Below are positions 7,694 through 13,646 of a stretch of 35,523 nt of DNA, in pieces. The DNA lies in the IMG/VR virus record IMGVR_UViG_3300045988_056051, positions 1 to 35,523 of that record; one strand, given 5' to 3'. The stretch comes from a virus. The position numbers and the translations under genes are program-made. The notes beneath the pieces were generated by a model. That model did no database searches, was not told where the DNA came from, and saw only the letters and a list, made by a program, of their open reading frames with translations. The number at the start of each line of letters is the position of its first letter. Positions within the stretch are counted from its first letter, which is position 1.

Positions 7694-7995
7694 CGGAGCG
7701 CGAGCTTTCGCAGGCCGTGCATCTCAAGGCTGAGCTGGACGCACTCCGCAGGGTTGCAGCCGAAGAGAGCAGCGAGGACGTGCTGAGGGCGATTGACGCT
7801 CAGGCGCGGGCGGTCGAAGCCGCAAGGCTGGAGGTCATGGCCTTCATAGCGACGGTTCCAGACGCGAGGGCCAGGGCGATAGCGGTCATGAGGTTCCTCG
7901 AAGGGAAGAGCTGGGAGACGATAGCGAGACGGATGCACTACGAGAGAACAAGCCCAGCCAAGCAGCTCCGCAGGTTCCTCCGTGGTAGAATGTAG
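7690..7995 (+). CDS. Sigma-70 region-4-like HTH regulator (possible late/middle gene activator)
   Basis: Its GTG at 7690 overlaps the dnaC-like stop (GTGA). The upstream part of ORF 7603..7995 overlaps dnaC in another frame. C-terminal ARARAIAVMRFLEGKSWETIARRMHYERTSPAKQLRR looks like a region 4.2 HTH. Confidence 0.55.
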   Translation: MTERELSQAVHLKAELDALRRVAAEESSEDVLRAIDAQARAVEAARLEVMAFIATVPDARARAIAVMRFLEGKSWETIARRMHYERTSPAKQLRRFLRGRM

Positions 7996-8024
7996 CCGCA
8001 CCTATGTCGGTGCTACTTTCTCTA

Positions 8025-8069
8025 GCGGCCCGCAAGTCCCGACCTTGCGGGCCGCGCCCATATATGGGC
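8025..8069 (+). other. Two adjacent GC-rich hairpins/palindromes after the regulator gene
   Basis: gcggcccgcaag (8025-8036) pairs perfectly with cttgcgggccgc (8044-8055). A perfect palindrome gcccatatatgggc (8056-8069) follows, and then an A-run rather than a U-tract. Confidence 0.5.
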
Positions 8070-8076
8070 AAAAAAG

Positions 8077-8158
8077 TTTCGGATTCTCGCTTGCGACTGC
8101 TCGGTATAGGTATATACTAGTAACCGCAATAGGGGAAAGCGAGAGAAAGGAACCCCAA
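8077..8158 (+). promoter_or_regulatory. Repeated promoter-leader cassette, copy A
   Basis: tttcggattctcgc (8077-8090), TTGCGA (8091-8096), 16-nt spacer, TATACT (8113-8118), purine-rich leader with GAGAGAAAGGAA (8141-8152), then ATG at 8159. Alignable along its length with copies B and D. Confidence 0.6.
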
Positions 8159-8344
8159 ATGGCAAACACAATCTTCGATACTGACTTCCAGCCCGACGAT
8201 GAGGTTCTTCTTTACGAAGGCTCACGGTTCCATTGGAGCGGAAAGGTCGGTGACATGACGGAATCCGACAAGGAGGATTACGACGTGGCAACGTGGTTCC
8301 TTCTGGATAAGGTTGAGGATTACAAGGCGCTCTTCGTAAGGTAG
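8159..8344 (+). CDS. Small acidic hypothetical protein (61 aa)
   Basis: The ATG at 8159 lies inside ORF 7982..8344, directly after the conserved leader. Peptide: MANTIFDTDFQPDDEVLLYEGSRFHWSGKVGDMTESDKEDYDVATWFLLDKVEDYKALFVR. A strong terminator follows. Confidence 0.7.
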   Translation: MANTIFDTDFQPDDEVLLYEGSRFHWSGKVGDMTESDKEDYDVATWFLLDKVEDYKALFVR

Positions 8345-8347
8345 AGG

Positions 8348-8380
8348 AAGCCCCCCAGAAATGGGGGGCTTTTTTATTTT
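8348..8380 (+). terminator. Intrinsic terminator
   Basis: aagcccccc (8348-8356) pairs with ggggggctt (8363-8371) across a 6-nt loop, followed by ttttttatttt. Confidence 0.85.
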
Positions 8381-8386
8381 GAAAAA

Positions 8387-8467
8387 TTTCCGATTCTCGC
8401 GTGCGCAACGTGGATATAGGTGTATACTTGCAATAGCAAGAGGGGAAGAGAGAGAAAGGAAACCCCA
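8387..8467 (+). promoter_or_regulatory. Repeated promoter-leader cassette, copy B
   Basis: tttccgattctcgc (8387-8400), GTGCGC (8401-8406), 16-nt spacer, TATACT (8423-8428), GAGAGAAAGGAA (8450-8461), then ATG at 8468. Confidence 0.6.
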
Positions 8468-8623
8468 ATGAAGGTTACGACGTTCAGCATCAACACCACG
8501 GACGGCAAGCGCTACGGGCTCAAGAACGCAAAGACTGGACAAGTTCTCTACGGAGCCACCGCAAAGTACAAGACCGAGAGCGGAGCAGTCAACTACGCAA
8601 AGCGCCACGGATACGAGTTCTAA
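8468..8623 (+). CDS. Small basic hypothetical protein (51 aa)
   Basis: The ATG at 8468 lies inside ORF 8420..8623, after the conserved leader. Peptide: MKVTTFSINTTDGKRYGLKNAKTGQVLYGATAKYKTESGAVNYAKRHGYEF. Confidence 0.65.
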   Translation: MKVTTFSINTTDGKRYGLKNAKTGQVLYGATAKYKTESGAVNYAKRHGYEF

Positions 8624-8679
8624 CCGTAAGCCCTCGGAAACGGCGGCTTTTCCATGCCAGGAATTGCCGCTTAAAAAAT

Positions 8680-8806
8680 CACCGAGAAGGCTTCCCTTTT
8701 CTTAAATATCAGTATATACTTAGATACATCAGGAAGGGAAAGGGCAAACGGCACATACCATCGAGATACAGGCCGTCACTGCGAATCCCAGAGAGAAAGG
8801 AACGTT
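8680..8806 (+). promoter_or_regulatory. Partial/diverged copy C of the promoter-leader cassette
   Basis: caccgagaaggc (8680-8691), TATACT (8715-8720) and GAGAGAAAGGAA (8791-8802) precede the ATG at 8807. The -35 is poor and the leader is longer (about 85 nt) with a direct AGATACA repeat. Confidence 0.4.
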
Positions 8807-8992
8807 ATGGAGAAAGTGGACGGGCGCGAACGCTACGAGGTGCGCGGGATACGACACACGCGCTTCCCGTGGCAGCTCAGGGCCGCTGGCGCAGCGGTCG
8901 GGTTCATCGGACTCTGCTGGGTTATCGAGTACGTGTTGATACCGGCTGTGTTGTGGGCGGTACTCGCTCTGTTCGGGGAGGTTCCGGCATGA
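8807..8992 (+). CDS. Small membrane protein (61 aa)
   Basis: Basic N-terminus followed by a hydrophobic stretch, AAVGFIGLCWVIEYVLIPAVLWAVLALFG. Its stop overlaps the rusA start (ATGA). Confidence 0.65.
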   Translation: MEKVDGRERYEVRGIRHTRFPWQLRAAGAAVGFIGLCWVIEYVLIPAVLWAVLALFGEVPA

Positions 8993-9378
8993 CGGCCCGC
9001 ATCGAGTTCTCGGTCGGTCTCGTGGCTGGCCTGAGAGCAGAGAGGGAAGTCACGGCGGCATGCGAGGAGGCGATGGGCGCGGCAGATATCAAGGCCCCGG
9101 CCTTCGGTCCGCACGAGCCGGTGATAGCCGCCATCGACGTCTACAGGCCGCTGCCGGACAGCAGACAGAGGTGCGTGCGCTCGGAGCCGGACACCTTCAA
9201 GCCCGACGCCGTAAGCGAGGCCAAGCTGGTCATTGACGCGCTGACCGGGGTTGCGTGGGCCGACGATGCGCAGGTTGTAGACCTGCACGTGAGGAAGCAC
9301 CCGAGGGTGCGCGGGCAGGCCGAGCGCATGGACATAACGGTAGCGCCGGGATGGCGCGGTAACGAAACGGAGGACTAG
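8989..9378 (+). CDS. rusA: RusA-family Holliday junction resolvase
   Basis: ATG at 8989 inside ORF 8869..9378. The motif KPDAVSEAKLVIDALTGVAWADDAQVVDLHVRK matches the RusA signature (KPD.DN..K...DAL......DD.qV). Confidence 0.8.
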   Translation: MTARIEFSVGLVAGLRAEREVTAACEEAMGAADIKAPAFGPHEPVIAAIDVYRPLPDSRQRCVRSEPDTFKPDAVSEAKLVIDALTGVAWADDAQVVDLHVRKHPRVRGQAERMDITVAPGWRGNETED

Positions 9379-9380
9379 CT

Positions 9381-9890
9381 ATGGCATACAGCGACTACGG
9401 CGCGTTCGTGTACCTCAACGGCGAGCGCAGAACCGATAAGGAGGACGTGGGCGTATACGACACCGACGAGGCTTCCCTGCCTACTGGACTACGCGTGTAC
9501 GTGAACATCATGAAGCACCCTGACGGATTCGAGTGGTTCGAGTTCTCGCACCATGGAGTCATGGGAGACGGCATCGTCCGCGTCGGGTGCTACAAGCAGT
9601 ATTGGCCGGAGGTCTACGAGTGGGAGGACGGCAAGGACAAGCCGACCGTATACACGTTCGATGACCTTTCCCGCAAGTTCGGGTGGGACGATTACGAGGA
9701 GTACGGCGACACGAGGTACGCCGCCGACAAGTACGACGAGGAGTTCGACTTCCTTGGATGGCACTTCCACTTCTGGGGCAACGATTCCGACGATACCCCG
9801 AGGTACGGTGCGACCATGAGCCGCGACGGAGAGACCTGGGAGTGCGACTACGACTGTATGTTTGGAGCTGGTTTCGATGACATTCACTAG
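9381..9890 (+). CDS. Hypothetical acidic, aromatic-rich protein
   Basis: 169-aa ORF with a GGAGGA SD. No motif recognised. Confidence 0.7.
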   Translation: MAYSDYGAFVYLNGERRTDKEDVGVYDTDEASLPTGLRVYVNIMKHPDGFEWFEFSHHGVMGDGIVRVGCYKQYWPEVYEWEDGKDKPTVYTFDDLSRKFGWDDYEEYGDTRYAADKYDEEFDFLGWHFHFWGNDSDDTPRYGATMSRDGETWECDYDCMFGAGFDDIH

Positions 9891-10065
9891 CGAAGAGCGC
9901 TGCGAGGTGGCGCAAGAGCTGAGAAAGCAAGCTGCGTATTGCGACGGCTCATTATCCGAATGGTGGCAGCGGTTGCAAGATACCGTGACGGGTGAGGTTG
10001 ATTTCGCAGACCCGAAAGCGACCTTCAATGCTATTGCAGACCTTATCGACATTACCGATGAATAG
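9877..10065 (+). CDS. Hypothetical small protein ending in the ADLID motif
   Basis: ORF 9862..10065 trimmed to the ATG at 9877. Sequence: MTFTSEERCEVAQELRK...WWQRLQDTV...AIADLIDITDE. Confidence 0.6.
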   Translation: MTFTSEERCEVAQELRKQAAYCDGSLSEWWQRLQDTVTGEVDFADPKATFNAIADLIDITDE

Positions 10066-10085
10066 CGATGCGAGGTGAATGAGTG

Positions 10086-10508
10086 ATGCAGGACTACCAA
10101 ACGCTGGCCCTGAGCTACGCCGAAGAGCTGTCCGACCTAAAGCGTCGGTACGCAAACCTTGAGTGCCACTGCCGAGGACTCGAATCGAAGCTATCCAAGA
10201 CGCGCGGCCGCATGAAGATGTACCGCACGAGGTGTAAGGCGTGGGAGAGGGCGTTGGCCAACGTGGACAGTCTTCATTGGTGCTTTATGCGTGATGAAAA
10301 ACCAGCGTCATCGGATATGGCATATGGCGTAGCGGCATGCGCCGCGCTCATCCGCAAAGAGGTGGCGCCGACCTATCCGAGTGCCGATTGCGCGGAGCTG
10401 CGCACCAAGGTTCTCAACCGATTCCCCTCACCAGAGGTGGACAAAAACGGCATATTTCCAATGAGCAAAGGAGAGAACAATGGCAAACTACACACCGACT
10501 TGCAGTGA
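10086..10508 (+). CDS. Hypothetical coiled-coil protein
   Basis: ORF 10083..10508 (GTG). The ATG at 10086 lies 8 nt after GAGGTG. No motif recognised. Confidence 0.65.
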   Translation: MQDYQTLALSYAEELSDLKRRYANLECHCRGLESKLSKTRGRMKMYRTRCKAWERALANVDSLHWCFMRDEKPASSDMAYGVAACAALIRKEVAPTYPSADCAELRTKVLNRFPSPEVDKNGIFPMSKGENNGKLHTDLQ

Positions 10509-10947
10509 GTACAGCATCGATGTACCGGCACCGAAGGATGCCGAGGGCCGCAGGGTGCTTCTGGATACCAAGGTGATGTACAACGACGCCGGTGTCGAGT
10601 ACATGGTCAGCGGTTTCGTCTTCGATACGAGAAAACTTGCCGCAGGCTGGGACGTTAAATGCTTCACGCCGTCCGATGACATCGTGTACACGCGCCAGCT
10701 CGATTCCATGCACCTAGAGAAGCCGGACAGCCTCAAGCAGCTAGCGGAAGACCTCAACCGCGTGCAGGCCAAGCACGACGCCAACGGCACTCTCTACAGG
10801 GAGCTGGTATGCTGCTATGTTGGACGACTCGGCGTGACGTGTATGTGTAATGGGTGCCGACTCAATTGCGGAGACAAGACGTGCTTCGAGGCTATGATGG
10901 CCGACATCGTATCGCGTGTGAACCGTCTGGCCGGTGATTCCGAATGA
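10480..10947 (+). CDS. Hypothetical Cys-rich protein, tandem paralog 1
   Basis: 155 aa with an AGGAGA SD. It shares with the next gene: P(K/R)DA.G..(V/I).LDTKV(M/L)Y, PDS..(Q/K)L.EDL.R, and a Cys cluster followed by (M/R)DI(V/A)SR(V/I).(R/K)L.G. Confidence 0.75.
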   Translation: MANYTPTCSEYSIDVPAPKDAEGRRVLLDTKVMYNDAGVEYMVSGFVFDTRKLAAGWDVKCFTPSDDIVYTRQLDSMHLEKPDSLKQLAEDLNRVQAKHDANGTLYRELVCCYVGRLGVTCMCNGCRLNCGDKTCFEAMMADIVSRVNRLAGDSE

Positions 10948-11357
10948 TTGAGCTACCTAGAGACGCTAATGGCCATGTGATCCCGCTTGATACCAAAGTG
11001 CTGTACAGGAAAGACGGAACCTTGGTCGACGTGGATGAGTTTAACTTCAGCACGGGATACTCAGACCCTGAACACAAGTGGACTGTCAGGCTTATGAACT
11101 GTGCAGTCTTTTTCACAACGAAAATGTTCCTAAACCCGCCGGAGCCGCCCGACAGCTGGGAGAAGCTTGAGGAGGACTTGGCAAGAGCGGCGGAAGCGCT
11201 GAATTACGAAGTCTGCGCCTATCTTGGCGAGAGTGCGTGCGACTGTTCATCATGCATCGCCGGCAAAAGCGGAACCTGCGAAAGGGTTGTCATGCGCGAC
11301 ATCGCATCCCGCATCCGAAAGCTGAGGGGCGAGGTTTCAACATGGCGAACGCCATGA
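10944..11357 (+). CDS. Hypothetical Cys-rich protein, tandem paralog 2
   Basis: 137 aa with an ATGA overlap to paralog 1. It has the same three conserved blocks as 10480..10947. Confidence 0.75.
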   Translation: MIELPRDANGHVIPLDTKVLYRKDGTLVDVDEFNFSTGYSDPEHKWTVRLMNCAVFFTTKMFLNPPEPPDSWEKLEEDLARAAEALNYEVCAYLGESACDCSSCIAGKSGTCERVVMRDIASRIRKLRGEVSTWRTP

Positions 11358-11394
11358 AGATGGACGTGAACGACCTAGTTGTGAAGGGGAACGA

Positions 11395-11757
11395 ATGATT
11401 ACCGATAAGGAGCGCCACGAGAGGGCCAAGAACTTTCGAGATATGATTAGCGCTAGGAACTATGGTATACCTGGGGCGCTCGGCTCCTTCGTCGACATCG
11501 ATGACGTGCTTTCGGAATTGCTAGACCGCCGAGTGTATGACAGCGAGAAGGCTATCGATGCTTGCGACGCTCTTGGAATTGCCGACCTAATCGACCGCCC
11601 GACATGCCTCTTGGAACTTACCGACGTTGAGACCCACGGAAACGCCAAGGTAAGAATCTACGAATGCAGCGAGTGCGGCAGGACTTGCGAAGAGATATAC
11701 GGCAAGTATGAGCGCTGCCCGCATTGCGGGGCGGTGACTGTAGATGCCGAGCACTAA
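11395..11757 (+). CDS. Hypothetical protein with C-terminal zinc ribbon
   Basis: 120 aa. It contains GIADLIDRPTC and CSECGRTCEEIYGKYERCPHCG. Confidence 0.7.
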   Translation: MITDKERHERAKNFRDMISARNYGIPGALGSFVDIDDVLSELLDRRVYDSEKAIDACDALGIADLIDRPTCLLELTDVETHGNAKVRIYECSECGRTCEEIYGKYERCPHCGAVTVDAEH

Positions 11758-11959
11758 GGAGAAGCGCGAGGCCGTCGAGTTCCTGCGAACCCACAGGTGC
11801 GCCGACGAGGGCAGCGCGTACAAGACCGTAGGCAACTGCTACGGGTGCATCAAGGCGAGCAGGGCGCTGTTCGGGAACGATGACGCGCTCTGCAACCTAG
11901 ACAGCTCGGGGCCGGGAATGTGGCAGAGGCTGGCAGACCTAATCGAAGGGAAGAACTGA
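11744..11959 (+). CDS. Hypothetical small protein ending in ADLIE
   Basis: 71 aa. C-terminus: GMWQRLADLIEGKN. It overlaps the neighbouring genes on both sides. Confidence 0.6.
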   Translation: MPSTKEKREAVEFLRTHRCADEGSAYKTVGNCYGCIKASRALFGNDDALCNLDSSGPGMWQRLADLIEGKN

Positions 11960-12318
11960 TGAATCAGGACGCAATCAAGGAAATCGCGAAGCAGTTGGGC
12001 GTGGGGGCGAACTATCTCGCCGAGCACCTCGTGGACTTCGCGCCGCAGTGGGGCATGTTCAAGGCGATTCAGGACTTGGCGGGAGTCCTGCCGATGGGTT
12101 TCATCCTCGCGCTCATCGTCTTCGTCATGCGCAAGGCCTTGAAGACGGAAGGCGACGAGGCATGGGGCTACGACAAGCCCTTCGTCGTGGTCGTACTCAC
12201 TGCATTCGGATTGGTTGCGCTCGTAATCTTCGGGTGCTTCGCCGTGGACGCCGTTATGCATCTGGCCGTTCCGCAAGTGGCGATGATTAACGACATGCTG
12301 GAGATGGTGCAGCAATGA
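11959..12318 (+). CDS. Membrane protein (2 predicted TM helices)
   Basis: ATG at 11959 inside ORF 11920..12318, overlapping the previous stop. Hydrophobic segments: LAGVLPMGFILALIVFVM and PFVVVVLTAFGLVALVIFGCFAV. Confidence 0.7.
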   Translation: MNQDAIKEIAKQLGVGANYLAEHLVDFAPQWGMFKAIQDLAGVLPMGFILALIVFVMRKALKTEGDEAWGYDKPFVVVVLTAFGLVALVIFGCFAVDAVMHLAVPQVAMINDMLEMVQQ

Positions 12319-12370
12319 TGAGGGACACCGACATGCTGGCAGACTTAATCGACAACCGGAGGTGATGCGC

Positions 12371-12544
12371 ATGGCAACTGAAGCGCAAATCAAGGCCCAG
12401 AAGAAGTACGACGCGGAGAATACGCGGCAGGTTCACCTGAAGCTGAACCGCCGCACCGACGGGGATGTTCTGGAAAAGCTAGACAGCGTGCCCAGCAAGC
12501 AGGGCTACATCAAGAAGCTGATACGCGCCGATTTGAAAAAATAG
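12371..12544 (+). CDS. Ribbon-helix-helix (Arc/CopG-like) DNA-binding protein
   Basis: The ATG at 12371 lies 8 nt after GGAGG (12358-12362). 57 aa. Pattern: KKYDAENTRQVHLKLNRRTDGDVLEKLDSVPSKQGYIKKLIRADL (beta strand plus two helices). A strong terminator follows. Confidence 0.65.
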   Translation: MATEAQIKAQKKYDAENTRQVHLKLNRRTDGDVLEKLDSVPSKQGYIKKLIRADLKK

Positions 12545-12550
12545 GAACTA

Positions 12551-12584
12551 ACGGGAATCCGAGAGGGTTCCCGTTTTTTATTTT
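12551..12584 (+). terminator. Intrinsic terminator
   Basis: acgggaatcc (12551-12560) pairs with gggttcccgt (12565-12574), including one G-U pair, across a GAGA loop. It is followed by ttttttatttt. Confidence 0.85.
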
Positions 12585-12591
12585 GAGAAAA

Positions 12592-12672
12592 CTTCCGAGG
12601 TGAGCCTGCATAAGGTCGTTATATGTGTATACTAGTATCAGCAAGTGAGGAAGAGAGAAAGGAAACCATAAA
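12592..12672 (+). promoter_or_regulatory. Repeated promoter-leader cassette, copy D
   Basis: cttccgaggtgagc (12592-12605), CTGCAT (12606-12611), 16-nt spacer, TATACT (12628-12633), GAGAGAAAGGAA (12653-12664), then ATG at 12673. The preceding terminator tail TTTTTTATTTTGAGAAAA matches that of copy B. Confidence 0.6.
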
Positions 12673-12891
12673 ATGGAAATCCAAGCTTACAAGTACGGAA
12701 TGCGCCTGCGCCCCTACGACATCGGTTGCCAGCCAAAGGATGGGTTCGTATGCGTGGCGGAAGGCGGAACAGCCGATGGCAACAGGTACCACAACTTCAT
12801 CTACTACATCAGCAAGCTCGATAGGGAGACCGCAGACAACTACGACCTCGATTACCTCGGAGTCAAGTTTCTCAAGGCAGAAGAGATGTAA
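12673..12891 (+). CDS. Small hypothetical protein (72 aa), candidate anti-defence/accessory protein
   Basis: Sequence: MEIQAYKYGMRLRPYDIGCQPKDGFVCVAEGG...YHNFIYYISKLDRETADNYDLDYLG. It is driven by cassette D and followed by a terminator. Confidence 0.7.
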   Translation: MEIQAYKYGMRLRPYDIGCQPKDGFVCVAEGGTADGNRYHNFIYYISKLDRETADNYDLDYLGVKFLKAEEM

Positions 12892-12912
12892 AAGCAGAAA
12901 GAGATGCAGCAT

Positions 12913-12945
12913 GAAGGCCCCAGCAATGTGGCCTTCTTTATCGTT
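12913..12945 (+). terminator. Intrinsic terminator candidate
   Basis: gaaggcc (12913-12919) pairs with ggccttc (12930-12936) across a 10-nt loop, followed by tttatcgtt. Confidence 0.5.
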
Positions 12946-12976
12946 CCCGCAATTCCCGCTCCGCGTGTCGTATAAT
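12944..12976 (+). promoter_or_regulatory. Candidate lysis/late promoter: perfect -10 box with tandem TTCCCGC repeats in place of a -35
   Basis: TATAAT at 12971-12976. Direct repeat TTCCCGC-AA-TTCCCGC at 12944-12959. No recognisable -35 hexamer at 17-bp spacing. Confidence 0.45.
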
Positions 12977-12998
12977 CAAGTGAGTGTAATAAACCAAT

Positions 12999-13406
12999 TT
13001 GAAAAGAGCTGAATTGCAGGGATTTTGGGAGAAACTGCTGTGGGTATGCATCCCGTCCGCGCTGGCAGCGACCGCAACGCTCGTGTCGAAGCCGGGACTC
13101 GATTCGCAGTTCGCAATTTACTCGGGGGCGGCAGTTGTCGCTCTCCTTGGCGTAACGCTGTCGAACAGGCGCGTCGAGAAGGAGAAGGCCGAAGAGGAGA
13201 ACGAGCTTTTCAAATCGGCTTTGCGGGCGCTGCTGAGAAGCGAGCTCATGCGGACACATCATCATGCCGTGCGCGACGGCCACGCCTCGACGGTCGACAA
13301 GGAAGTAATGGAGCGCACCTATCAGAGCTACCACAGGCTAGGCGGCAACGGCATCGCCACGAACCTCCACGACGAGATGATGGCGTTGCCGACAAAGGAC
13401 GATTAG
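12999..13406 (+). CDS. Membrane protein of the lysis cassette (2 N-terminal TM segments; holin-associated, function unknown)
   Basis: 135-aa ORF. The only possible starts are TTG at 12999 or 13014, so the start is uncertain. TM-like segments: LLWVCIPSALAATATLV and FAIYSGAAVVALLGVTL. It ends 13 nt before the holin. The competing frame 13025..13423 is Arg-rich junk. Confidence 0.6.
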   Translation: MKRAELQGFWEKLLWVCIPSALAATATLVSKPGLDSQFAIYSGAAVVALLGVTLSNRRVEKEKAEEENELFKSALRALLRSELMRTHHHAVRDGHASTVDKEVMERTYQSYHRLGGNGIATNLHDEMMALPTKDD

Positions 13407-13419
13407 GAAGGTGGAAAGA

Positions 13420-13644
13420 ATGAAAGAGTACATCATAAACGACAAACTGTATCACGTGCTGAAATGGCTCGGGCTTATCGCATGCCCGGCAGTAGCGACT
13501 TTCGTGGGCGCGGTCTTCCCGGCGTGGGGCATTCCGAACGCCGATGCGGTCGTGCTCACGCTCAACGCGACCGGGGTGCTTATCGGTGCCCTGATTGGAG
13601 TAAGCGCGGCAACCTCGAAGCAGGTATCAGAAAGGACTGAGTAG
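13420..13644 (+). CDS. Holin (r1t-holin-like pattern)
   Basis: ATG at 13420 inside ORF 13411..13644 (GGTGG SD). 74 aa. YHVLKWLGLIACPAVATFVGAVFPAWGIPNADAVVLTLNATGVLIGALIGVS gives two TM helices. It lies immediately upstream of the endolysin. Confidence 0.8.
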   Translation: MKEYIINDKLYHVLKWLGLIACPAVATFVGAVFPAWGIPNADAVVLTLNATGVLIGALIGVSAATSKQVSERTE

Positions 13645-13646
13645 AT

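Noticed and set aside
13025-13423. 132-aa ORF in an alternative frame over the lysis-cassette membrane protein
   Set aside because: Its product is an Arg/Gly-rich off-frame sequence. The 12999 frame gives clear TM segments and ends neatly before the holin SD.
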